A stretch of DNA of 64,000 bases, taken from IMG/VR virus record IMGVR_UViG_3300037418_002116, one strand, 5' to 3'. Below the pieces are notes generated by a model that was not told where the DNA came from, did no database searches, and was given only the letters and a program-made list of their open reading frames with translations. This document shows positions 35,101 through 45,235 of this stretch, piece after piece. This DNA is from a virus (lineage: Duplodnaviria > Caudoviricetes). The position numbers and the translations under genes are program-made. How positions within the stretch are numbered: position 1 is the first letter of the stretch; each line of letters starts with the position of its first letter.

Positions 35101-38100
35101 TCATCTCTTTATGAATTTATTCAAGTATTTATCATATGAAAAATTATTGTCATCGTTCGTGGTATTTCCTATAACACCAAGTGTTGTATTAGAATTTTTC
35201 GTATATCCGGGCACTTTGATACCTTTTGTAAATGTTCGCAAGTAATCATCGTAACTAAGTCTGTTACTCTGGACATATCTCGCAATAGCGATCACTGTAT
35301 CATTTTGTTCGATGCAAACTAGAACGCCTTCAAGTTCGGCATGTAGTCCGAATGCATCTACAAGATCGTTCTCTTCTGCTATATTTGCAAAAGCTTGAAT
35401 TCTTAGCGAGGCTGTATCTTCATCGTTATCATCATCTTCAACGATAGAAGCCGAACCACTAATGCTTAGTGTAGAAGTTCCGTCGATATTGTCATTATCT
35501 TCTACAAGATCGCCAAAAGCCCGAATAGAAATTGCGGTTGATGAAGATACGTTATCATCATTTTCAATTGCTGAAAGCGCCGCTTGAATTATCAGACGAG
35601 TAGCGGATACGAGTCCGTCATCCGCTTCGCCAATAGAAGCACTACCATGTACAGCGATGGCCGATGCAGACGATTCCGTGTCTGAACCTTCGGTGATCGA
35701 GGCCGAAGCCTTAATTGCGATAGCGCCAGTCGCAGAAACAGTATCATTGGCTTCTGCAATCGAGGCAGAAGTTTTAATCGAAATAACACTACTTGCCGAT
35801 ACTGTGTCACCAGATTCTTGAAGGTTGCTGGTGCCTTTGATAAGCAGTGTTGCGGGTGACGATACGGCATCATCAGCTTCTACAATACCCGCTACATCTT
35901 TGATAAGCAGTGTTGCGGTTGACGATACGGTATCGTCACCTTCCGTGACATTCAATATGCCTAGTACTATACCAGCCGCCGCAGCCAATGTGTCATCGGC
36001 TTCTGTAATCGATGCCGTGGCTTTAAGCGGCAATGTAGCAACAGAAGTGAACGTGTCATTGGCTTCTGTAATATTCGCAGTTGCTACCTGTGGCGGCACA
36101 AAGCCTACAGCCGAAACCGTGTCATTGGCTTCTGTAATCGAGGCAGAAGCTTTCAGAGTGATTGTCGAAGCAGAAGAAACCGTATCGTTTGCTTCTGTAA
36201 TATTTACAGTTGCAACCTGTGGCGGAACAAAACCTACAGCGGAAACCGTGTCATCCGCTTCGCTCAATGCAGCTACGGCATGAATTGGTGATGCGCCTGT
36301 AGAAGAAACAGAATCGTTTGCTTCTGTGGATGCTACAGCACCAGCAATCGCAACTTTAGTTGCAGAACCTAGACTATCGTCCGCTTCTGTTACGGATGAA
36401 GTAGCTTTGATAGGCAAAGCTGCTGTAGAAGAAACCGTATCGTTTGCTTCTGTTATAGCAGCATCCGCCGAACGACCACTAGTCAATACAGATGTTGCAC
36501 TTAGCGTATCACTATCTTCTGTGATAGAAGCATTGGCTTTGATTGCAATTGTAGCAGTAGATGAAGAAGTGTCGTTTGCTTCTGTTATGACAGGTGTAGA
36601 ACTGTCATAAGCAACAATGTTGTAGTCATTGTAGTCAAGAGCGGTAACAAACTTGCCGTCCGCAGAACAACTAACTTCCCAATACTGTCCGTTGTATGTA
36701 TTTGGTGGCGTTAGAGCAGTGAATGTTGTAAAGTGGTCTGTAGACTGATATACTGCTGCAAACGTACCATCACCACCTGACAAATACTGGATACTGCCAT
36801 CATCTGACAACGATAGGTAATGAAGTTCAGATGGGCTGGTTAACGTCTTTGACGTCCATGTCGTACCACCATTTGTCGAATAAAGGTAGGTATCGGCTAC
36901 TGGTGTTGTTGCTGAACGTGCTGTAACTGCAATTGTTTGACCATCGACAGAGCAATCGATGTCTTTGTACGCTGAATTTCCGTTAGGACCGGGTGAAGGA
37001 ATCGTTGTTACTTGAGTCCAACTGACACCAGAATTCGTGCTTTTCCATAGTCCTGTCAAAGTTAGGCCATAGATTACCGAGCCATCGCTTGAAAGTGCAA
37101 AATCAACCCATGTTCTAACACCAGCCGCAGTTAGTGACGCCCATGTTGAGCCCTGATTGTATGAGATTACAGGATGTGAACCAGTCGTTCCATTACGTTC
37201 ACCAGCAATGATGACAGAGCCATCATTCGACATTCCTACAGCTTGCCAGTTGCCTGTCAATTCTGCGAAAGTCGATGCGCCTGTGGCAGACCACGTTACG
37301 CCTCTATTGGTTGATTTATAAATGTCCCCGAAAGACAGCGGTGCAATTAGAATGCTACCATCGTAGTTGCTACCGAATAGGTAGGACTGTCCTGATAGAT
37401 TAGTCTGTTGAGTCCATGAAACACCCTTATCAGAAGATGTCCAAGGGAAATCAAACGCACCAGCGATGATCAGTGAACCGTCTGGCACAACATAAGCGCT
37501 GCCAGTCCAATTGAAACTGTTATCGCCGGAATTGGTTACAAAGAAGCCTTTTGGCTTGTTAGCAACGATAGAGATTGTAGCAGTAGAGCTTAGCGTATCG
37601 TTTGCCTCAGATACGCTTTCATTTGCCTTAATTGAAATCGTTGCAGTTGATGACAGTGTATCGTCTGCATCTGATGTGACACCATTTGCTTTAATCGGAA
37701 TCGTTGCTGTAGATGAAACAGTGTCATTGGCTTCTGTGATAGACGCCGCTGCCTTTATGGCCAGTGTCGATGGAGAGACAACAGTGTCACCGGCTTCTGT
37801 GATCGATGCAGAAGCTTTTAGAGCAATTGTGGATGTCGAAGCAACGGTATCATTGGCTTCCGTAATCGAGGCTGTACCTTTGATCGAAATTGTGGAAGTC
37901 GAAGCAACAGTGTCACCGGCTTCTGATATCGCACCAGAAGCCGTAATAGAAATTGTGGAAGCCGACGATACAGTATCGTTCGCTTCGGTGATAGAGGCAG
38001 TTCCGGCAATCGGCGTTACTTGGATAACTGCCGTCACAGTGTCATTTGCTTCTGTTATAGAAGCATTAGCCTTGATCGCAATCGTAGCAGTAGATGAAGT

Positions 38101-40353
38101 GGCGTCGTCGGCTTCTACAATGAATTGACCGGAATTTCCAACCGAGAAATACAGATCACTTGGAGTTCCAGTATAAGAAGTACCGCCAGTATAGATGCTC
38201 GCTGAACCATTAGGATAAGTGCCATTAAATTGACCGGAAGCGAAATAATAGTTTACTGTGTCAGTTGCACCACTTCTGCTAACCAACAGCATATACGTTG
38301 TACCTGCGTTGGCGGTAATCGGAGAAGGAAAGGTAAACGTGGTGTTGGTAGCAGTAATTGTTAATGTGGAGCCAGCAACAGTCGATGACGTCGCTAATAC
38401 GGTCGCACCAGTAGCATCACGCAACTCAACGTAGAGGTTGTCTGTAGGACTACCTTGCTTGGCCAATCTAACAACACAGCTATCAACAACTAATTGTTTA
38501 GATGGTGTGAAAGTCTGCGCTGCACCAATATTGCTAGCATTATAACCAACAAGCAATGTAGTATCGATCGTTGTTGGAAAATTGTATTCGCCGCTTGAAG
38601 ACGATGCTGTATTCGGGTTGCTATTGTGGCTTGCTGATGATAGTGTGTCATCAGCTTCCGTAGGAGTTGAAGTAGCTTTAATCGCAATTGTTGTTGCTGA
38701 TGCAACTGTATCACTGTCTTCTGTAATAGAAGAAGTGCCAGAAATACCAAGTGTTCGAATCGTATATTCATTGTATTTCAATGTTCCATTGTCATTCATA
38801 ATGTATGGAAATACGATTGAATTGCCAGATTGATAAACGGCTCTTGCGTCGTGAGAGATAATCGAAACACTGGTTGTTCCGGTGTAGTCGAGTGTACCAG
38901 AACCCCAAGTTGCGCCGTTATCTGTAGAAGTCTTTACAGAAAGTGTTGTCGATCCAAGACCATAGTATGCATACACATTTCCGCTATCGTTGAATAGTCT
39001 GATAGAACCGCTGTTAGTACCGCCAGTTGATGTTCCGGTAACTGTTGGCGTCAGTGCAGAGTCAAAACGCATACCTTGTGGGGTAATTACCGTCTGGTTT
39101 ACCGATGTACCATGAGCAAATACTATTCTCTGGTTTGTACTTAGGTATGATGTCGATGTACAGACAGGCCCCGGAGTAGAATATAGGAAAGTAGTTGCCG
39201 TTGATTGTGTTTGTAGGACGTTTGCACTAGACAACGCTCTTTGTGCTGCCGTTCCCGACGCCGCAGAGAAAATAAAATGAATAATGTCACTGGTGCCCAG
39301 AATAGCATCAAATACAATACCATCGAATGCGCCACCAGCATCAACCGCCGTGTTGGTCGTCCAAACGCCACCCGTCGAACGACGTGAGTACACGGTTCTT
39401 GAGTAAGAGTTGCTCATGCTGACAACACGAGCGCCTTGGTGCAAGACTACGACTGAACCATCGGAACGAACGATGATCGAATTGGTGTATGCGTTGATTA
39501 GTGCGTTAGTTTGTGTATTCAGCGCAGACGTAATTGTTTCGACAGTACCGAATGTATCTGACGATATATCGAAAGTAAGATATTTGAAGTTTACAGATGT
39601 TGTCGCACCATCTGTTATACACAAGTGGATGATGTTACCTACTTGGAATCCAGAAATCCACTGAATTCCGGTAGTGAAGCCAGTTTTTGTAGTGACACTT
39701 GACCAAGAGGAAGTTGGTGCTGTTGATTTATATGCCTGCAATGTTGTTGCAGTCGTACCATCGACTGCAAAGAAATAGAATGCAGAAGAACCGGCAGTAC
39801 TTATCTTGAATAGCGCATCCGTGGACGTTCCCTGACTGTTCCCCACACCACTGGCGGTGCTGTAAGTGTGGAGTTCACCCCCTGTGTAAACATTATCTGT
39901 ACTCCAATCAAGGAGATAATAATTGCTTGCATCCGCCGCTCCTGAACGGGTGATCACGATGTAATAGATCGTTGAAGCCGATAATGCATATGGAGTACTG
40001 AATGTGAAATTCACCCATGCATAAGAGGTTGTTAGTGATGAACCGGCAACCGTTGCAGATGTAGCCAGTACTGTGGTTCCATCAGATGCAACAATGAGTG
40101 CAGTAAGATTATCGGTAGGGCTTCCGAATTTTTTTAGAGAGAAAGAGGCAGTTGCGATAGTAACAGCGCTGCCTGTAGTGATTTTTTGGGCCATGCCTAT
40201 ACGGCTAGTGGCATCACCCCAAAGGTTGTTAGCATCGCTCAAACCCGCTGAATTAAGGGATTGGGCATATGCAGTACCCGGTGGCGTTCCTAGAAACGGA
40301 CCTACAGGATTTACAGTTGAGCTTATACCAGTAATTGTTACAGGTAGAGTCAT
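35101..40353 (-). CDS. Large Ser/Thr-rich virion fibre protein with about 30 21-aa repeats, two related beta domains and a BNR-like region
   Basis: SITEANDTVSSTATIAIKA-type repeats; duplicated GSPTDNL...VLATS.TVAGS.LT domain; S.D.G..W repeats. Confidence 0.85.
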   Translation of the reverse strand: MTLPVTITGISSTVNPVGPFLGTPPGTAYAQSLNSAGLSDANNLWGDATSRIGMAQKITTGSAVTIATASFSLKKFGSPTDNLTALIVASDGTTVLATSATVAGSSLTTSYAWVNFTFSTPYALSASTIYYIVITRSGAADASNYYLLDWSTDNVYTGGELHTYSTASGVGNSQGTSTDALFKISTAGSSAFYFFAVDGTTATTLQAYKSTAPTSSWSSVTTKTGFTTGIQWISGFQVGNIIHLCITDGATTSVNFKYLTFDISSDTFGTVETITSALNTQTNALINAYTNSIIVRSDGSVVVLHQGARVVSMSNSYSRTVYSRRSTGGVWTTNTAVDAGGAFDGIVFDAILGTSDIIHFIFSAASGTAAQRALSSANVLQTQSTATTFLYSTPGPVCTSTSYLSTNQRIVFAHGTSVNQTVITPQGMRFDSALTPTVTGTSTGGTNSGSIRLFNDSGNVYAYYGLGSTTLSVKTSTDNGATWGSGTLDYTGTTSVSIISHDARAVYQSGNSIVFPYIMNDNGTLKYNEYTIRTLGISGTSSITEDSDTVASATTIAIKATSTPTEADDTLSSASHNSNPNTASSSSGEYNFPTTIDTTLLVGYNASNIGAAQTFTPSKQLVVDSCVVRLAKQGSPTDNLYVELRDATGATVLATSSTVAGSTLTITATNTTFTFPSPITANAGTTYMLLVSRSGATDTVNYYFASGQFNGTYPNGSASIYTGGTSYTGTPSDLYFSVGNSGQFIVEADDATSSTATIAIKANASITEANDTVTAVIQVTPIAGTASITEANDTVSSASTISITASGAISEAGDTVASTSTISIKGTASITEANDTVASTSTIALKASASITEAGDTVVSPSTLAIKAAASITEANDTVSSTATIPIKANGVTSDADDTLSSTATISIKANESVSEANDTLSSTATISIVANKPKGFFVTNSGDNSFNWTGSAYVVPDGSLIIAGAFDFPWTSSDKGVSWTQQTNLSGQSYLFGSNYDGSILIAPLSFGDIYKSTNRGVTWSATGASTFAELTGNWQAVGMSNDGSVIIAGERNGTTGSHPVISYNQGSTWASLTAAGVRTWVDFALSSDGSVIYGLTLTGLWKSTNSGVSWTQVTTIPSPGPNGNSAYKDIDCSVDGQTIAVTARSATTPVADTYLYSTNGGTTWTSKTLTSPSELHYLSLSDDGSIQYLSGGDGTFAAVYQSTDHFTTFTALTPPNTYNGQYWEVSCSADGKFVTALDYNDYNIVAYDSSTPVITEANDTSSSTATIAIKANASITEDSDTLSATSVLTSGRSADAAITEANDTVSSTAALPIKATSSVTEADDSLGSATKVAIAGAVASTEANDSVSSTGASPIHAVAALSEADDTVSAVGFVPPQVATVNITEANDTVSSASTITLKASASITEANDTVSAVGFVPPQVATANITEANDTFTSVATLPLKATASITEADDTLAAAAGIVLGILNVTEGDDTVSSTATLLIKDVAGIVEADDAVSSPATLLIKGTSNLQESGDTVSASSVISIKTSASIAEANDTVSATGAIAIKASASITEGSDTESSASAIAVHGSASIGEADDGLVSATRLIIQAALSAIENDDNVSSSTAISIRAFGDLVEDNDNIDGTSTLSISGSASIVEDDDNDEDTASLRIQAFANIAEENDLVDAFGLHAELEGVLVCIEQNDTVIAIARYVQSNRLSYDDYLRTFTKGIKVPGYTKNSNTTLGVIGNTTNDDNNFSYDKYLNKFIKR
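35240..38750 (-). repeat. Tandem 63-bp (21-aa) repeat arrays inside the large fibre gene
   Basis: Recurrent plus-strand GGCTTCTGT(A/T/G)AT; about 32 units counted by eye in three blocks. Confidence 0.85.
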
Positions 40354-40931
40354 TAGATCACCACATCAGAACCACGTCTGATCACCAAATCCGGTGAAAG
40401 AAGCGCTTTCCAATCCTCTATTGACTTCATGTTTAATGGTGAACCTTCTGAACTAGGTGTAATACATGACACCCAATGAACAACTTTTGGTGCCAGAAAT
40501 CTTAAATTTTTTGCGAGTTCCAAGCATTCGTCATCCGACAAATTTGGCATCACGTCTTCCGTGATCGCTATATCGATCTTACCTCCCGCAAAATTCTCGA
40601 TATTTTCACGACTTTTCTCGGATAGAGAATCTTCATTCAGAATTTGAATTTTTGCATGGATATGTTTGTTTTCATGAATCCATGTTGAAATATCTGTGGC
40701 GGTCACATTCAAACCTTGGGCAATCCAGTCTTCCGCAGACCAGCCAAAACCAGCCCCAATCAAAGCTATTCTTTGAGTAGGTTGCAAATCCAATGCATTT
40801 TTCAATATTAAATGATCATTTCCGTAATATTGTGTTTTTGCCGAACGAACGTACCCAACGACAACACCGTCAACAAGACAACTATACAGTGAAGACCAAG
40901 TAGTTTCTAGGTTGCTATCTACCAAAGGCAC
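40353..40931 (-). CDS. Class I SAM-dependent methyltransferase-like protein
   Basis: IALIGAGFG followed by VTATDIS; CTAAATA promoter upstream. Confidence 0.65.
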   Translation of the reverse strand: MPLVDSNLETTWSSLYSCLVDGVVVGYVRSAKTQYYGNDHLILKNALDLQPTQRIALIGAGFGWSAEDWIAQGLNVTATDISTWIHENKHIHAKIQILNEDSLSEKSRENIENFAGGKIDIAITEDVMPNLSDDECLELAKNLRFLAPKVVHWVSCITPSSEGSPLNMKSIEDWKALLSPDLVIRRGSDVVI

Positions 40932-40988
40932 CGATACAAATTCCCCAAATATAACAATACTATTTAGGCTATACTGTCTTCTAAAAAC

Positions 40989-41021
40989 AAAAAGCCCCCA
41001 CCGTGAGGTAAGGGGCTTTTT
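40989..41021. terminator. Terminator (bidirectional form)
   Basis: AAAAAGCCCC...GGGGCTTTTT. Confidence 0.8.
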
Positions 41022-41044
41022 GCTTTATGAAAGGATTATGCAGT

Positions 41045-41449
41045 TTAAGCGTTACCGGCTGTCAATGTGAACGAAGTAACCGAGAATGCCTGTCCCGATG
41101 CGAACGAAGTGTTGTCAACGGTCATGTCGCCACCGCCGCCCGTAGCAGTAACGGTTCCCTGTGCATGACAAGTACCGCCAGACGAGAAGATACGGAAGTG
41201 ACCGGCTGTACCGGTCGCATCGGCAGATGTATCCTGCCATGTGCCAGACAATGCCTTTGTTCCGCCAGATGCAGCGGCCATCCAGTCAGAAGGCAAAGTA
41301 CATGTTGCAAGAACAGTACCGGAGTTAGCAGCGGCGCATGAAGCAGGAGCAGCACCAGATTTAATCAAAAGAGTTGGTGCAGTTCCAATAGTCGATTCGA
41401 CAACATCTAGACGTGCGTTACGAACTGCCACACTATATTGAAGGGTCAT
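41045..41449 (-). CDS. Small beta-rich virion protein (134 aa), probable fibre or decoration subunit
   Basis: RNARLD...LPSDWMAAAS...ATGTAGHFRI...GGGGDMTVDNT; strong SD and own terminator. Confidence 0.75.
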   Translation of the reverse strand: MTLQYSVAVRNARLDVVESTIGTAPTLLIKSGAAPASCAAANSGTVLATCTLPSDWMAAASGGTKALSGTWQDTSADATGTAGHFRIFSSGGTCHAQGTVTATGGGGDMTVDNTSFASGQAFSVTSFTLTAGNA

Positions 41450-41496
41450 AAGTTATATTTCCTCTGAAAGTTAGATTTATATGTTATTTATAATAT

Positions 41497-42249
41497 TTAC
41501 AAACCCGGTCCAAACATATCTGTCAAAGGAATTGAGAACGAACGAATCATTTCTTCTTCTAATTCTTGGATTTCCTTTTCAGCTTCATCAAAAATTTCTT
41601 GACCGGACAATTCTGCACCAGACAAAATTTTAATGGACTTGTATAGTTTTAGGTTTGCACCCCATTGCCTTTTGACAAGCGCCGTGGCATAACGGAGAAG
41701 CCACTTATCAGACCACACTTCCGGATATTCATTCGGATCAAGAACCTGATAGGCGTCAAAAATAATATATGTTCCGACCGCATATTTCGTCCAATCCGTG
41801 TCGATGAAAATCTTATTCATCTTACGATTGAAGCGAATGCCGGGGGTGGAATTAAAGAAATCGTTGAACATATTGATGTGTCTGATCGCCAAATAGTATG
41901 GAACGATAGATGTGCTGGTTAGATTGTAGAAATCATTCAGCATCACTTGGTATGTTGTCGAGAACAGAGCCGAGGCAGAACCAATCAAACCAGAACCGTC
42001 CACTACCTTTGTGATACCGGTAATGGAACTATCAATTTGAATATATTGGTTTGCAATATCGTCGGCGGTGATTTGATGTTTGTAGAAAATTTGGGTCATA
42101 CCATCGAAATGGTATTCCTGATAATACGAAAGAGCATCATCGATACGATCTTCGACTTGTTCGGCATCCACGGCGATTTCAATAACCGGAAAGCCGAGAC
42201 GGCGCATGATGTATTCCTTAAACGCCTTTCTTGTAGTTGGTAACGCCAT
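41497..42249 (-). CDS. gp13: Neck protein
   Basis: YIMRRLGFPVIEIAVDAEQVEDRIDDAL..Y.EYHFDG; ALVKRQWGANL. Confidence 0.95.
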   Translation of the reverse strand: MALPTTRKAFKEYIMRRLGFPVIEIAVDAEQVEDRIDDALSYYQEYHFDGMTQIFYKHQITADDIANQYIQIDSSITGITKVVDGSGLIGSASALFSTTYQVMLNDFYNLTSTSIVPYYLAIRHINMFNDFFNSTPGIRFNRKMNKIFIDTDWTKYAVGTYIIFDAYQVLDPNEYPEVWSDKWLLRYATALVKRQWGANLKLYKSIKILSGAELSGQEIFDEAEKEIQELEEEMIRSFSIPLTDMFGPGL

Positions 42250-42634
42250 AAATTTTCTTTTCCTTAAAAGCTCTTCCGCCGTTCAAGCGCACTACAATCC
42301 ATACGGCCCAAGCAAGCCATCGTGAGGCACCAAGAGCAATCATCGCATCAAACAATTGGTTATCAGCAAAAAGTCTATTCTTATCAAGAACATCGTATAG
42401 TTTGTCGTGCAATGCACCAGCGGCAGCATATTTCCCTGATGTATTTATAAATCCCTCAAAGATTCTGGGGATTGACATAAGATCGGTAAGGTAACCTTTC
42501 TGGACATAAATGTAATTTTCTGAACCAAGTTCACCAACTTCCCAAATAAGGTCACGGGTTAGGCGATATACTCGTCTATCCCCATTAAAATATTCTGTAG
42601 AAACAAATTGAATAGGGTCAGTGAAATTAGACAT
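42218..42634 (-). CDS. DUF1353-like protein
   Basis: KGYLTDLMSIPR...ALHDKLY...AD. Confidence 0.75.
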   Translation of the reverse strand: MSNFTDPIQFVSTEYFNGDRRVYRLTRDLIWEVGELGSENYIYVQKGYLTDLMSIPRIFEGFINTSGKYAAAGALHDKLYDVLDKNRLFADNQLFDAMIALGASRWLAWAVWIVVRLNGGRAFKEKKIYGVTNYKKGV

Positions 42635-42636
42635 TT

Positions 42637-43245
42637 TTATCCAGATACGGGCCAGAAAGAGCTATCTTTGTAATTGACCGGCACTGGTGAAGTTTCCTTG
42701 ATTGCTCGTGCCGCAAAGATACATTTTGTTTCCCATGATGCCGCCGCCTGCCCAAAGGCAAAACATGTTTGAGCATCCATGGTTGTTAGAGTGTTGTCAT
42801 CGGCAATCCAAACAAAGTCAGATGAGCCGCCATGCCAACGATAGTTACCAACGGGGGAACCGGATGCTACGGCAAAACCGGCCAATGTAGCCGCTCCGAT
42901 GATCCGAGCCTTAGATTCATTATCCATGGCGTAAGATTTGCCATTAAATACAAACCCATTAGCGATACGATTGTCTCTTTCTTCGTTCACTTCGTCAGAC
43001 GACACAACCTTTGAAATGGTCGCCCACACGTACTTAGGAACACCGGATGTGACAACGATGGAAACAGTAGTTCCAATTTTTCCGTCCGGAATAGGATCGG
43101 CAGGGAGAATTTCTTTTAGAGTGTACGTGCCATTGTCCCATCCGGCACCGGCACCTTGGATGACATCGTTGCCAATGGTGAAAGAACTACCAGCTAACAC
43201 TTCTTTAACCACGCTGGAATTAGATTTCTTTATCAATGCGAGCAT
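42637..43245 (-). CDS. DUF4376-like tail-fibre-associated protein
   Basis: NEERDNRIANGF...WIADDNT...FAARAIKE. Confidence 0.7.
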   Translation of the reverse strand: MLALIKKSNSSVVKEVLAGSSFTIGNDVIQGAGAGWDNGTYTLKEILPADPIPDGKIGTTVSIVVTSGVPKYVWATISKVVSSDEVNEERDNRIANGFVFNGKSYAMDNESKARIIGAATLAGFAVASGSPVGNYRWHGGSSDFVWIADDNTLTTMDAQTCFAFGQAAASWETKCIFAARAIKETSPVPVNYKDSSFWPVSG

Positions 43246-43886
43246 TTTAGTCCTTCGTAAATTTCAATATCTTTTTCGTAGTATTTATTCACAGCTTTAA
43301 GTGCTGCATCATCGTAAAACCAAGATAAGTAATCTTTCGTAAGACGATTTTTTGGTAGGGATTTATTCTTCCACATCAGCGGAACTTTAATTTGAATGTT
43401 ATGTGTTTCACTGAATTCATCGATGTGTTTTTGTATATCGTCAAATAACCACCATTCGCCTATATTCTGGCCCTTATAGGTAAGAAATGAAGATTGAAGC
43501 TGGTTTTGCCATTTTCTATCTGGAAAATACCCATGCTTCGTCACTATTTTTTTGAAATCCTCCGCAGTTAAAGATTTGTTAAACCCCTGCTTTTGTCGAT
43601 AGAGAAAAAGTGAAACCACTCGTTCTAAAGGATTTCTGATGATGCCGATGAATCTATCTGTTTCATGGGCGAGTCGGTGTTTTATGACATACTCGACATC
43701 CATGTGAGAATGATCGGCATGTTTCGGTGACATGTTTTGTGAATGTGGAATATTAAGTTCATCATAGTAATTCGAGAACGAATCTTCCGGCTGAACTACG
43801 TTATCGATGAAGAAACGTCTTACAGACGTTGAAGCATTCTTTGGAATGTTGATAAAATTGAAGCCGAAACGCTTAATACTAATCAT
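43233..43886 (-). CDS. Sulfotransferase-like protein
   Basis: PAPS motifs FINIPKNASTSV and IIRNPLERVVS. Confidence 0.85.
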   Translation of the reverse strand: MISIKRFGFNFINIPKNASTSVRRFFIDNVVQPEDSFSNYYDELNIPHSQNMSPKHADHSHMDVEYVIKHRLAHETDRFIGIIRNPLERVVSLFLYRQKQGFNKSLTAEDFKKIVTKHGYFPDRKWQNQLQSSFLTYKGQNIGEWWLFDDIQKHIDEFSETHNIQIKVPLMWKNKSLPKNRLTKDYLSWFYDDAALKAVNKYYEKDIEIYEGLKCSH

Positions 43887-44445
43887 TTAAAAGAAAGGAA
43901 TTTAGAGAAAGACGAATGCCACCTGTCGATTTGTAGGAGTGCCATGTTAGGCCAGTTTTGCCAGCGAACACCATCATGCGGTTTGGCTTCCATTCGATTT
44001 GCTTGACGAAATTTTTTTCTTGGTCATAGATCAAGGTTCCCTGTCCTTCCTGTGGATAGAGATAGGTAACAGCGGAAATGACTTTATTTTCAGCTTCGTC
44101 ATGAATGGGGTGTTCTGATGCATCTAGACACAGGATAGCCTCACCATAGAGAGTAAGGTTTGAATAGTTTCGTTTATCCGCAAAATATTCGAGGAAATTT
44201 TTTGTGTCTCTGCTTTCTAACAAATTTTTGGTATTCGGAAATTTTGAATTTTTGTATAGATTGCTTTTCGTAATGAAAATTTTGTCCGCTGTTTTGGTGA
44301 TGAATTCGCTTCGATCATTTCGAAGCACGGCGAAAATTTCCATAACGGCCAAAGCCATCTGCCCTTCGGTATAATAATCATCAATAACAATATGCGGCCA
44401 TGGCTTATCGAAACGATACAATTCGTTGCTCAATTTTTTCTTCAA
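43879..44445 (-). CDS. 2OG-Fe(II) oxygenase
   Basis: HxD (IHDE), distal WHS and RxS; WPHIVIDDY start pattern. Confidence 0.8.
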   Translation of the reverse strand: MKKKLSNELYRFDKPWPHIVIDDYYTEGQMALAVMEIFAVLRNDRSEFITKTADKIFITKSNLYKNSKFPNTKNLLESRDTKNFLEYFADKRNYSNLTLYGEAILCLDASEHPIHDEAENKVISAVTYLYPQEGQGTLIYDQEKNFVKQIEWKPNRMMVFAGKTGLTWHSYKSTGGIRLSLNSFLLND

Positions 44446-45235
44446 ATCCTTCCTTGGAAACGTCGATGCAGAGTTTATGTGTGAACCATGATAGGAATCG
44501 ACTTAAATCATCCTGATTGACCGGTTCGATATCCTCTAGCTGATATGCACTGTCAATTTTCGGGACAATTTCCGAAAATGCCATCGTGTCGTAGGTAGCA
44601 CATGGTTTGCCTTTCAGCATGGCATTGAGGCTCACGCTGGACCATGAACTAAACACTTTGTCGGCATTGTCCAACAAATGATCAAGGTTACAATTTGCAT
44701 CAGCAAAAATTATGTAGTCAGAATTATGTATACAAATTTCGGTCAATGGATGCTGCTTGAAAACAGTATATACTTTTTGTTCTTCCGCATATTTCATCGC
44801 ATCAAGCATATGATCATATTCAGGTCCAATATTGTCTTGCAATAAAAAGAGATTATATTTGTCTGGTAAATCTATAATGCGAGAGCCTTGACTATATTTT
44901 GTTCCAAAAATTTTTGTGACATCGTGGTCTATGTCGCATTCCTTCCATTGATGGAGGAATGGATTAACTTTATCGAGATACATTTTATTTGGTGTGAATA
45001 CATAAAGGTCTGTCTTTGGCGAACCAAAACGCCATGTCAGCGTTTGCTCAAAATTCATGTTATTGTAAAGTTCTGCAAAAATGCAGTTTCTTAAGTCATG
45101 CTTTTCGAGGATTGCGTCAACCAAATTTGCCACTTTTAGCATGTTCGGAAACATGTAATGGGTTTGTGGTAATCCCTTTACACCATTCATCCATTGCAAG
45201 CAGAGGTTACGGTTTGATCGAAAACATGAATTCAT
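44405..45235 (-). CDS. Capsule-synthesis (KpsS/KpsC-like) glycosyltransferase-like protein
   Basis: FKQHP and SSVSLNAMLKGKPC motifs; likely true start near 45190. Confidence 0.6.
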   Translation of the reverse strand: MNSCFRSNRNLCLQWMNGVKGLPQTHYMFPNMLKVANLVDAILEKHDLRNCIFAELYNNMNFEQTLTWRFGSPKTDLYVFTPNKMYLDKVNPFLHQWKECDIDHDVTKIFGTKYSQGSRIIDLPDKYNLFLLQDNIGPEYDHMLDAMKYAEEQKVYTVFKQHPLTEICIHNSDYIIFADANCNLDHLLDNADKVFSSWSSVSLNAMLKGKPCATYDTMAFSEIVPKIDSAYQLEDIEPVNQDDLSRFLSWFTHKLCIDVSKEGFEEKIEQRIVSFR

